Under the pieces are notes generated by a model. That model was not told the DNA's origin. It made no database searches and worked only from the letters and a program-made list of their open reading frames with translations. Shown one piece after another: positions 52,267 through 64,000 of a DNA stretch of 64,000 bases (the stretch's first letter is position 1; each line of letters opens with the position of its first letter). The position numbers and the translations under genes were made by a program. Origin of the DNA: an uncultured Holophagales bacterium (GTDB lineage Bacteria; Acidobacteriota; Thermoanaerobaculia; Multivoradales; UBA5704); contig CAWJGT010000008.1 in assembly GCA_963842525.1 (NCBI GenBank), positions 32,001 through 96,000 of the forward strand. The letters run 5' to 3'.

Positions 52267-55200
52267 GTGAAGAAACCCCTGGCCCTTGCGCTGGTGTCGG
52301 CCCTGGCCGCGGCGTCTGCCATGCCGCAGGGACCGGCGGCGGTGTGCACGGACCCCGGTCCGCAGGCCCAGGACTTCGCCTTCACGGGTTTGCACTGCTC
52401 TGAATGCCTCGGCGCGGACCTCGAACTGACGGTGAGCGACGGCACTCCCTCGACCGCCAAGGGAGCGACGCTCAATTACAAGCTGACCTACGCCAACCGC
52501 GGCGCCGACAGCTCCACGGACGTGGTCCTCACCGCGACCGTGCCGGCGAACACGACGTTCGATCCCACGGCGAGCGCCTCCGGCTGGCAGCGGGTGGGGA
52601 CGTCGAGCACCTATCGGTTGAGCACGCCGGAGCTGAAACCCGGGCAGCAGGTCTCGGTCCCCTTCGTGGTCAAGGTCTCCACTACGGTTCCGGTGGGCAC
52701 CGTGCTGCCCTTCTCGGCCACGATCGCGGACGACAGCACCCACGGCCCGGACAAGATCCCGGCCGACAACGCGGTTGCGGACGAGAACCTGGTCACCTCG
52801 GGGCCGACGACCGTCTGCGGCACGATCACCAGCGACACGCTCTGGAAGGCGCTCGACGGCCCCTTCATCGTCACCTGCGAGGTCGTGGTCCCGGCCGGCG
52901 TGACGCTGACCCTGGAGCCGGGCGTGGTGGTCAAATTCAACAGTCTCCTGGGCATCCAGGTCCTGGGCAGCCTGGTCGCCCAGGGCACGGAGTCGCGCGG
53001 CATTCTTTTCACGTCGAACCGCAGCCGGCTGCGCCGCGGCGACTGGGACGGCATCGGCATCGGGAGCGGCGGCACGGCCGTGCTGGACTGGACCACGGTG
53101 GAGTACGGCGGCGCTCCCGCCGGCCCATGGGACGCCAACGTCCAGGTGGCCCAGGGCGGCTCGCTGACCCTGCGCCACTCCATCGTCCGCTCCAGCGACG
53201 AGTATGGCCTGTGGGCCGCGAACGGCCAGGCGATCGTCGAGGACTCCCTGTTCGCCGACCACGACAACGTCGCGGTCTACGTGCAGACGAATGCGCCGGC
53301 CAACCTCACGCGGGTGGTGCGCAACACGTTCAGCACCAACCGCAGCTATCCGATCTCGGTGGAGTACGCGGACGGCGCCACGGCGGAGATCGGGGAGAAC
53401 GGGGGCAGCGGAAACAAATTCGCCAGCGTGCGGGTGAGCGGAACGCTCTCCGGCGACGTCACCTGGGCGCTCAATCCGGGGCTGACCTATCTGGTGGGCG
53501 GCGACCTGACGGTGGCGCGCCGCGGGAAGCTCGTGCTGGGTCCCGGCTTGGTCGTCAAGCTGGAGACGGCGGCTTCGGATCTGTTCGTCGACGGCACGCT
53601 GGACGCCCAGGGGAGCGAGGCAGCGCCGGTCGTCTTCACCTCGTTCAAGGACGATTCCGCAGGCGGCGATACGAATGGCGACGCCGCGGCCACGAGCCCA
53701 GCTCCCGGCGACTGGGGGCAGATCCGCTTCAATCCCGGCAGCCGGGTGAGCCGCCTCGATCACTGCACGGTCGCCTGGGGCGCGAGCTCCGCATCCGCGG
53801 CGCCGGGCCAGGTGCGGATCGACTCCGAAGGCGTCACCGTGACGGACAGCCGGTTCCGGAGCTCCCGCCAGGCCGGCCTCCACGTCACCGGCGCGATGTC
53901 GCTGATCCGCGGCTCGCGCTTCGAGAGCAACCTCACCCACGGCCTGCAGATCGATCTGAAGAGCAACCGCGGGCAGCTCCTCGAAGGCAACACGTTCCTG
54001 GGCAACACCCTGCACGCGGTGTCGCTCACCCTGGCGGCCGCCCGCGGCGGCATCACCCTCAAAGGCAATGCCGCGTCGGGCAACCAGACCAACGGCGTCG
54101 CCGTGCAGGGCGACGTCGCCGGCGACTTCAAGGTGGACACCAGCGGTCAGGCGGGCTTCGCGCTACGGCTGGCCAACGACCTGACGGTGGATGCCGGCGC
54201 GGCGCTGACGCTCTCGCCGGGCACGGTGGTCAAGGCAGGAAACGCCGCCTACGACCTCCACGTCTTCGGCCGGCTGATCGCCGACGGCACGCTCGCCCAG
54301 CGGATCGTCTTCACCTCCTTCAAGGACGACTCCTTCGGCGGCGACACGAACGGCGACGGCACGGCCTCGGCGCCGGCCGCGGGCGACTGGGGCCAGGTCT
54401 GGCTGCGCACGGGGAGCAGCGGCAACGTCCTCCGGCACGCCATCCTGGCGTACGGCGGCGCCCTGGGGCAAACCAACACCCTGGCGACCCTGCGCACGGA
54501 CACCCCGCAGGTCCTGCTGACCGACACCACGGTGCGGCGGTCGCGCCAGCACGGCATTTATGCAGCAAATGCCCCGCTGTCCCTGGCGCGAGTGAGCCTG
54601 GAGGAAAGCTCGTCCGTGGGTCTGTACCTGGACGACCTCACCGGCACCGTGGACGTCACCCTGGAGGGGAACACCTTCCGCGCCAACGGCGCCCAGGCCG
54701 TGTTCCTGGACCTGCAGGGAGTGACGGGCCAGATCGTGGCGCGCGGCAACGTGGCCACGGGCAACGGCACGAACGGCGCCGGGGTCCAGGGCTTCTTCGT
54801 CGGCCCCTTCCGCTTCGACTGGACGCAGCAGGACGGCTTCGCGCTGCGGATGGCCGGCGACCTCACGGTGCAGGCGGGCGCGGCGCTGACCCTGACACCG
54901 GGCGTGGTGATCAAGGGCAGCGCCGCCGACCACGAGCTGCGCGTCGGCGGCAGCCTGATCGCCCGCGGCACGGCTGCCCGGCCGGTGGTCGTCACCTCGT
55001 TCAAGGACGACTCCTTCGGCGGCGACACGAATGGCGACGGCGGCGCCACGAGCCCTGCTCCTGGCGATTGGGGCCAGGTGTGGCTGCGCGCCGCCAGCAC
55101 GGGGAGCGTCCTGGAGGAGGTCGTCCTCGCCTGGGGCGGTGCCGACAACGTGACGGACGTCCTGGCCAACCTGCGGGTGGACGCGGGCCGGTTCTCCCTC

Positions 55201-58200
55201 GTGGGAGGAGCCGTGCGCAGGTCCAAGCAACGCGGCATCTACGCGGTGCGCTCTTCCGGTGAGATCCGCGGCGTCGCGGTCGAGGACAACGTCCTGGGCG
55301 GCATCCTCTTCAGCAACCTGCAGGGCAGTGTCGACATCACCCTGGCGGACAACCGCTTCCTGCGCACCGGTGGCCACGCGGTTTTCCTGGACCTGAACGG
55401 CACGGCGGGCCAGGTCACCGCCAGCGGCAACACCGCATCGGGCAATCAGGTCAACGGCGCCGGCATCCAGGGCACCGTGGGCGGGCCGCTGACCCTCGAC
55501 TGGAGCGGCCAGACGGACCTGCCGCTGCGGCTCAACGCCGACCTCTTCGTCCGTGCGGGCGGCGTCCTCACCCTGTCGCCCGGCGCGATCGTCAAGGGCG
55601 GAAGCCCGCAGCACGACCTGATCGTCGACGGCTCGCTGGTCGCCCGCGGCACCGCGGCGCAGCCCGTGATCTTCACGTCGCTCAAGGATGACGCCCGCGG
55701 CGGCGACACCAACAATGACGGCGCTGCGTCCGCTCCGGCTGCCGGCGACTGGGGCCAAGTCTGGCTGCGCGCGGCCAGCTCGGCCAACGTCCTGGAGCAC
55801 TGCGTGCTGGCCTGGGGCGGCGCGAACGTCACCGACACCCTCGCCAACCTGCGCATCGACACGCCCGGGGTCTCGGCCACCTCCTGCACGTTCGAGCGCA
55901 GCGCGCAGAGCGGCGTGCGTGTGACCTCCAGCCCGCCGCCGCTCTTCTCGGGCAACCGGCTGGAGAGCAACACCAGCCACGGGCTCCAGCACACCGGCAG
56001 CGGCATCCTCGACGCCCGCCACAACTGGTGGGGCGATCCGTCCGGCCCCTTCCATCCCACGCTGAACCCCTCCGGCCAGGGCAACCGGGTGAGCGACAAC
56101 GTGCTCTTCGACCCCTGGCTGACGGTGCCGGACCCGGCCGGGCTCGCGGCGCCGGAGGCCGCGTCGAGCCCGCTCCTGGAGCCCGAAACGCCACCGGAGC
56201 CGCCCGCGGACATGGGGACGGCCGCCCTCGTGCAGCCCGACCCTTCGATGGCTCCGATGGCACCGATGGACCTGGCTCCGGCCGCGGCGACCTCCGCCGC
56301 GACGACTCAGGAGGCGCCGCCGCGCCCCTCCAGCTTCTTCGGCCGGGTCACGGTCGAAGGGACCGCCGACGTGCCGCCGGGCACCCGCGTCAGCGCCTGG
56401 ATCGGCGGCATCCGCTACGCCGAATCCTTCTCGCTGCTGACGGACGGCCAGTCGGTCTACCGGCTCGACGTGCCGGGCGACAACGACAACACGCCCGCGA
56501 TCGAAGGCGGCCAGCCCGGCCAGACCATCACCTTCCGGGTCGCCGGCGTGCAGGTCCCCCAGACTGCCATCTGGCAGGACGGGCTCTATCAGCGCCTCGA
56601 CCTCACCGCCGCGCGGGGTCCCGACCTCGCCGTCACCCAGACCGACGGCCGCGACCGGGTGGCGCCGGGCGACACGGTGACCTGGACCCTCACGGTCGAA
56701 AACCGCGGCGCGGGGATCGCCTCCGGCGTCGCGGTGCGCGACACGCTGCCCGATTCCACCACCTTCGTCAGCGCCAGCGACGGCGGCACCACCGCGGGCC
56801 GCATCGTGACCTGGCCGGCGTTCGACTTGGTGGAGGGGGCGAGCGCCACGCGGACCGTGACCGTGCGTGTGGCCGCGATCGTGCCCGCGGGCCTCGAAAC
56901 GCTCGTCAACACTGTCCACGTGGCCGACGACGGCACTCACGGCGTCGAGCCCGAGCCGGCCAACAACACCGCGCAGGACAGCGACGTCCTCGACGCGGCT
57001 CCGGACCTCGCGATCACCAAGACCAACGGCATCGCCGAGGTCCTCCCCGGCACCACGCTGCGCTATGTCCTGACGATCACCAACCGCGGCAGCCAGGGGG
57101 CCACCGGCGTGCGCGTGACCGACACGCTGCCCGAGCACCTGACCTTCTTCGCGGCGAGCGACAGCGGCGCGGAGTCCGGCCTCACGATCACCTGGCCGGC
57201 CTTCGACCTGCCGGCCGGAGCGACCGTCCGGCGCGAGATCAGCGGGCGTGTCAAGGCGCCGCTGCCCGCGAATCTCACCGCGCTCGTCAACAGCGCCGCG
57301 GTGGCGGACAACGGTGCCAACGGTGCGGACCCGACCCCCGCGGACAATAGCGCCACGGACACGGACACGGTGCTCCGCAAGCCCGACCTCGCCGTGCCCG
57401 GGGTCGACGCAAGCCAGACCCAACTGAACCTGGAGAGCCTCGCACTGTCCGGCGACGTGCTGGTGCGTCTGGAGAACCGGGGAACCCTGGAGGTGACGAC
57501 GCCGTTCGAGGTCACGGTCTTCGAGGACACCAACGGCGACGGCCTCTGGACCCCTGGGACGGACAACCTCCTCGGGCAGCAGACCTACAGCGCGCCGCTC
57601 GCGGCTGGGCAGACCGTGCCGTTCGCCGTGCCGGTCTCCGGCACCGTGACCTTCCGCGGCAACCGGATCCTCGCGGTCGCCGACAGTGCCGGCGTCGTCG
57701 ACGAGCTGAGCGAGACGAACAGCGTGGGCAGCACGGCCAGCGGCTGCGAGACCGTGCCGGCGGTTGGCGCCTTCGTTCCCGACCTGGAGATCGTCTGGCC
57801 GCGGCCGGGCATCTTCGAGCCGTTCGTGGTGGACAGCGCCTCCAGCCCGGTGGTGGTCAACCTGACCGACGACAACGGGGACGGGAAGATCGACGGCAAC
57901 GACGTGCCCGACATCGTCTTCACCTCGGCCAGCCTCGACCAGCAGCTCGGCCTCTTCGATCAATCGATCCTGCGGGCCATCCACGGCGACACGGGCGAGG
58001 CGATCTTCGACGTGCAGTCGTTCCACGACGGCTTCCGTTTCTGGGAGTTCAACCTCGCGACCGTGGCCGCCGGCGACATCGACCTCGACGGCAAGCCCGA
58101 GATCATCACGGCCAACCTCGGGATCTCCGTGATTGGCGAGCCGGTCAACGCCATCACCGCCTACGAGCACGACGGGCGGCGGAAGTGGCGGAGCCCGGTC

Positions 58201-61200
58201 TACACGACCAACCCGAGCGGCCGCTGGACCAACCGCGACAACCCGAGCATCGCGGACATCGACCGCGACGGCGTGCCCGAGATCATCGTTGGCGCCCACG
58301 TGTTCAACAACAACGGCACTCTGCGCTGGAAGGGGACCGGCGGCCAGGCCTTCCAGTCGATCTTCAACGCGGACAACCCGGCGAGCGGCGCCATCTCCAT
58401 CGTGGCCGACCTCGACCTGACCGGGAACCCCGAGATCGTCACCGGCAACACGGCCTACCGGTCCGACGGCTCGATCTACTGGCAGATCCCGGAGGACGAC
58501 GGCTATCCCGCCGTGGCCAACTTCGACGCCGATCCGTTCCCCGAGATCGTTGTGGTGGCCAAGGGCAAGGTCCGCCTGCACGAGCACGACGGCGCGCTGA
58601 AGTGGGGCCCCTTCGTGCTGCCCGGACAGCAGCCCGTGGCCGGTGGCGCGCCCACGATCGCCGACTTCGACGCCGACGGAGCGCCCGAGATCGGCGTCGC
58701 CAGCTCGGACTTCTACGTGGTCCTCGAGACCGACGGCTCGGTCAAGTGGCAGCGCAAGACGCAGGACTTCTCCTCCGGCATGACCGGCTCCACGGTGTTC
58801 GATTTCGACGGCGACGGCCGCTTCGAGGTGGTCTACCGCGACGAGGTCTTCCTGCGCGTCTACCGCGGCGAGGACGGCACGGTCCTGTTCCAGGTCCCGG
58901 TCCCGTCCACCACGCTCAACGAGCAGCCGACGGTGGCCGACGTGGACAAGGACGGCAACGCCGAGATCCTGGTCACCGCCGACCACGGCGACTCCGACAG
59001 CGGCATCCCGGGCAATGCGAGCAACGCCGGCCTGCGCGTCTTCGGAGATGCCAACGACAACTGGGTGGGTACGCGGAGCATCTGGAACCAGCATGCCTAC
59101 AGCGTGGGCAACGTCAACGACGACGCCACGATCCCGCGCGATCCGGACTGGAGCTGGCTCACCCACAACACCTTCCGCGCCCAGATCGCGCCGCCGGGCG
59201 TGGCCTTCTCCGCGCCCGACCTGACCGCCTCCCGCGGCCGGGTCGACGTCACTGACTTCCCACGCAGCCTGCGCATCTCGGCCCGTATCGGCAACGGCGG
59301 CAGCACGTCCGTGGCGCCGGGCATCTCCGTGGCGTTCTACACCGGCGACCCAGCGGCCGGCGGCGCGCTCCTCGGCACCGCTACGGTCGGCCGCCTCGGG
59401 CCCGGCGGCTTCGAGGACGTCTCCTTCACCTGGACCTCGCCGCCGCTACAGCCCGCGACCCTCTGGATCGCCGCGGACAGCGAGAGCCGCGAGCGCGAGT
59501 GCGACGAAGCGAACAACGTCTATGCCTTCGCCTACAGCCTGGCGGAGGTCGGCCTCTTCCTGAGGAAGGACGACGGCCGCGCCTCGATCCGCTTCGCCGA
59601 CGAGACCACCTACACGCTGACGGTGGACAACTTCGCCCTGCAGACCCTCACCGGCGTCGCCCTGACCGACACGCTGCCGCCGCACACGACCTTCGTCGCG
59701 GCCGGCGACGGCGGCTCCTTCTCCAATGGGATCGTCACCTGGCCGCCGTTCACCCTGGAGCCCGGCGCGCGGGCCACTCGGACGCTCACCGTGCGTGCCC
59801 CGTCCACTGTGCCGGCCGGCGTGGATTCGCTGACCAACACTGCCACAGTGACGGACGACGGCAGCCACGGGCTCGACCCGACCCCGGGCAACAACACGGC
59901 GAGCGACACGAACGAGCTGCTCGCCTTCCGCGCCGAGGCCGGCGGGCCGTACTCCGGTGGAGAAGGGGAGGCGATCCAGCTCGACGCCTCGGGCACCGCC
60001 GACCCCGAGAGCCGGATCGTCCGCTACGAGTGGGATTTCGACGGCGACGGCGCCTTCGACGACGCCACCGGCACCGCACCCACGGCCACCTTCCCGGACG
60101 AGGGCACCTACACCGTGGTCCTGCGGGTAGTGGAAGCCACCGGCCGGTCCGATACCGACACCGCCGTAGTGACAGTCGCCAACCGGCTGCCGGAGGTGGA
60201 TGCGGGCGCCAACCGCACGGTGCTCGAAGGAGACCGCCTCACCCTGTCGGTGCCGTTCACCGATCCGGGCACGGCGGATACCCACACGGCCATCATCGAT
60301 TGGGGCGATGGCACCTTCGATCCAGGGACGATTGCCGGGGGCCGCGTCGCCGGCAGCCACGTCTATCCGGACGATGCGAGCGCCGAGGTGCGCATCTGCG
60401 TCACCGACGACGATGGCGACACGGGCTGCGATACGGTCCAGGTGACCGTGGACAACCAGAACCCGGTGGTCCAGGGCGCGGGCGCCTTCGTGCTTCCGGC
60501 CTGGCGTGCCGAGGACTACCTCTCCTGCTACGACGGCTTCTCCGACTGGCAGATCGCCGCCGACGGCGGCTCGGTCCTCCAGACGCGCAACAGCCGGCCG
60601 AGCCTCTTCTATGGCAACTTCCTGGCCCTGGGCAGCCGCATCGAGGGCCGGCTGCGCGTCTCCTCCGGAAGCGCGGACGGCGACGCCTTCGGCCTCGCGA
60701 TCGGCTTCAAGCCGGGCGACACCACGAGCCCCGCGGCCGACTACCTGCTGATCGACTGGCGGCGCGAGGACCAGGCCTTCAACTTCGGCTGCGGCGGCCG
60801 GGCCGCAGCGAAGAAGGGCCTGGCGCTGTCCCGCGTCTCGGGCGCGCCGGCCGACGCCGAGCTTCTGGGCGCACGACAACCGCGCCTGCAACGGCACGGG
60901 CAACGGCGTCCGCGAGCTGGCCCGCGGCAGGCGCTTCGGCTCCACCGGCTGGACGCCGGGCACGGAGTACACCTTCGCCCTCGAAGCGACCCCGGACCGC
61001 CTGCGCCTGTTCATCAACGGCGTGCTCGAGCTCGACCTGACAGGCACCTTCCCGAACGGCCGGGTGGCCTTCTACGGCTATTCGCAGGCCGATGTGACCT
61101 ACAGCGGCTTCGCCATCCAGTCGATCGTGGGCGACGAGGGCCGGCCGCTGGAGGCCCGGGTGGGCTTCACCGACGCGGGCGTCCTCGACACCCACACGGC

Positions 61201-64000
61201 CACGATCGACTGGGGCGACGGCACGCCGGCCACCCCCGGCACGATCGCCGACGTGGCGGGCTTCGAGGTCATCACCGGCACCCACTCCTACCCGGACAAC
61301 GGCGCCTTCACCGTCCGCGTCTGCGCCACCGACGACGACGCCGGCACCGGCTGCGACGACGTCCCGGCGCAGGTGCGCAACCTGGCTCCGGTGGTCGACG
61401 CCGGCGAGAAGGTGCTCACCGCGCCGGGCCAGCCCGTGCCGGTCAATGCCTCGTTCACCGACGCCGGCGTGGCCGACACCCACACCGCGACGATCGACTG
61501 GGGCGACGGCACCGTGGAGGCGGGCGTTGTCACCCAGGGCAGCGGCTCGGGCACGGTGGCAGGCACCCACGTCTATACCGAAGACAGGACCTTCCTGCTG
61601 GAGGTCTGCGTCACCGACGACGACGGAGAGACCGGGTGCGACGGCTTCCAGGTCAACGGCGTCCTCGACCTCGGCCTCGACGTGGACAGCGACGCGGGCC
61701 CGGTCATCGCGCCCGGCCAGGTCGTCACCTACACGATCACGGTGACCAATGACGGCACCCTGCCGGCGAGCGGCGTCACCGTGGTGGACACGCTGCCCGT
61801 TCTCGCCAACTTCGTGTCCGCGGGCCAGGGCGGGGTCTACGATCCCGAGACCCACACCGTCACCTGGCCGGTGGGCACGCTGGAGCCGGGCCAGACCGTC
61901 ACCCTGACCCTCACCGTGCAGGCCGACTTCGTGCTGCCCGTGGGCGCGGTGCTCAACAACACGGCGACGATCTCTGACGACGGCAGCCAGGGTCCCAACG
62001 TCAAGCCGGGCGACACCGGCAACGACCAGGGCGGCGAGGTCGTGCGCACGCCGCCCGATCTGATCGTCCGCTCCTTCGACCTCGGCGGCACGGCCACCGA
62101 CTTCGCGACGCTGGCCCTGACCGGTACGCTCGGCGTCGAGATCGCCAACCAGGGCGGCCTGGACGTCGCCGCGCCCTTCCGTCTCACCGTCTTCGCGGAC
62201 CACGACGGCAACCGCGCCTGGACCCCCGGAACCGATCAGATTTTCGGCGAGAGCGACGTGACGGCTCCGCTGGCCGCCGGGGCCGCGCTCACCGTGCCGG
62301 TCGCGGTCGAGGGCGCCGTGGCCTTCCGCGACGCGCCCCTCTGGGCCTTCGTGGACAGCGGCGCCGTGATCCCCGAGGTCGACGAGACGAACAACCTGCG
62401 GAATACGGGTGAGGCCTGCCGCCTGCCCGGCGAGCCCGGCCGCCGCGTCTACACCCTGGACGCCGACTTCGACGAAGGCGTGCTGTTCAACGTCAACCAC
62501 GACGCGCCGCACTACGACGAGCTGCGGCTCAACCGGATCGCCGAGCCCTTCCCGTTCCTCTGGGTTGCCGCCTCCGCCCGCGGCACCGTGGTGAAGATCG
62601 ACACCGTGACCGGGCAGATCCTGGGCGAGTACTTCGGCGCGCCGCAAGGGCGCGGGCGCAACCCCTCGCGCACCACGGTGGACTTGAACGGCAACGTCTG
62701 GGTCGGCAACCGGGACGAGGGCAGCGGGGGCCGGGGCTCGGTCGTGCACATCGGCCTCAAAGAGGCCTTCCAGTGCGTGGACCGCAACGGCAACGGCGTC
62801 ATCGACACCTCGGGCGGTCTGGGCGACATCCGGCCGTGGCCGAACACCAGCGGCGCCGACAACAACGGCGGCGTCTCCACCGCGGCCGACGAGTGCATCC
62901 TCCACTACGTCCGCGTCAATGGCACCGGTACGCGCACCGTGGCCGTGACGCCGGAGAACGACCTCTGGGTCGGCGGCCTGGACAACCGCAAGCATGACCT
63001 GCTCGACGGCGAGACCGGCACCATCCTGGATTCGATCGAGCCTCCCTGCGGCGGCTATGGCGGCCTGGTCGATCGCAACGGCGTGCTGTGGTCCGCCCGC
63101 GCCCTGATGCGCTACGACCCCCGGACCGGCGAGCTCGAGTGCCTGCCGGTGTCCAACTCCTATGGCCTGGGCCTCGACAGCCAGGGCAACGTCTGGAACG
63201 CCCAGTGGACCGATGGCACGGTCACCAAGATGGCGCCGGACGGCACGATCCTCGACGTCTTCCCGTCCGGCGGCGGCAGCTCGCGCGGCGTGGCGTTCAC
63301 ACCCGCCGACGACAACGCCTGGATCGCCAACTCCGGCTCCGGGACGGTCACCCGGCTGAGCAACGACGGCGACCTGCTCGCCACCGTCCCGGTCGGCTCG
63401 GAGCCCACCGGCGTGTCCGTCGACGCCGCGGGCAAGGTCTGGGTGACCAACCTCGGCTCCAGCAACGTCATGCGGATCGATCCGGCCACCAACAAGGTCG
63501 ACCTCACCGTCTCCCTGGGCGCCGGCGCCGGGCCCTACAACTACAGCGACATGACGGGCGCCGTGAGCGTGGGCAAGACCGCGCCGCAGGGGAGGTGGAC
63601 GGTCCGCCACGACAGCGGCCAGGCCGGCACGAAGTGGGGCCGGGTGCAGTGGAGCAGCTACGAGCCGCCGGGCGCGAGCGTCGCCGTCCGCGCCCGCAGC
63701 GCGGAGGCCCCTGGAGCCCTGGCCGCGGCCACCTTCGTCGAGGTGGAGAAGGGGATCGAGATTGGCGTGCCCGACGGCCGCTACCTTCAGGTCGAGGTCA
63801 TCCTCAAGCCGTCGCCCGCGGGCGAGACGCCGATCGTCTACGACGTCACGGCCGAGACCCGCTCCGGCCTGCCGGACCTGACCGCCTCCTTCGTGCGTAC
63901 GGTCCAGCGTCCGGATGCGTTGGAGCTCACCGTCCGCATCGGCAACGGCGGCGACAACCGGTCCCCGGCCGGCACCCCGGTCTCGCTCTACAACGGCGAT
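52267..64000 (+). CDS. Giant secreted multidomain protein (over 3,900 aa, partial): DUF11, beta-helix, CARDB, FG-GAP, PKD, beta-propeller; +1 frameshift near 60862
   Basis: Signal peptide; FTSFKDD...GGDTNGDG repeats; DxDxDG..EI FG-GAP repeats; IDWGDG PKD motifs. The shifted frame from 60863 is open to the window end. Confidence 0.88.

Noticed and set aside
54163-59166. Long antisense ORFs (also 3678-5957, 15609-18467, 40595-43201 and 60779-63610)
   Set aside because: They are stop-poor shadows of high-GC genes on the opposite strand and show no recognisable motifs.

Overview
This is a high-GC bacterial window; gene style suggests Acidobacteriota/Thermoanaerobaculia, which is inference only. 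(1) 1-6.8 kb is housekeeping: the folC 3' end, an MBL-fold hydrolase, an ArsR regulator, a SelW/Rdx selenoprotein missed by the ORF track (in-frame TGA plus SECIS-like hairpin), a GT4 glycosyltransferase, a PTPS-III-type pterin synthase, an M1 aminopeptidase and a broken toxin-antitoxin pair. (2) A TIR-pentapeptide-WD40 gene is split in frame by a 3,375-bp four-gene DDE/AAA transposon. (3) An ORF-less group II intron sits inside a REP-like palindrome. (4) A complete alternative complex III plus caa3 oxidase operon carries translated palindromic insertions. (5) An accessory region at 27.4-37.4 kb opens with the best novel-system candidate, a three-gene operon: SEFIR/TIR fused to a TyrRS-like domain, an HD phosphohydrolase and a UPRTase-like PRTase. 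It is followed by a decayed cox duplicate, a 19-bp palindrome array, a HEPN-like fragment, an Rpn nuclease and a large serine recombinase. (6) An RHS toxin (EC869-like DNase C-terminus) and its putative immunity gene precede two giant secreted repeat proteins, the second running off the window. Several single-base frameshifts look like sequencing indels. All family calls come from motif recognition by eye; no searches were run.
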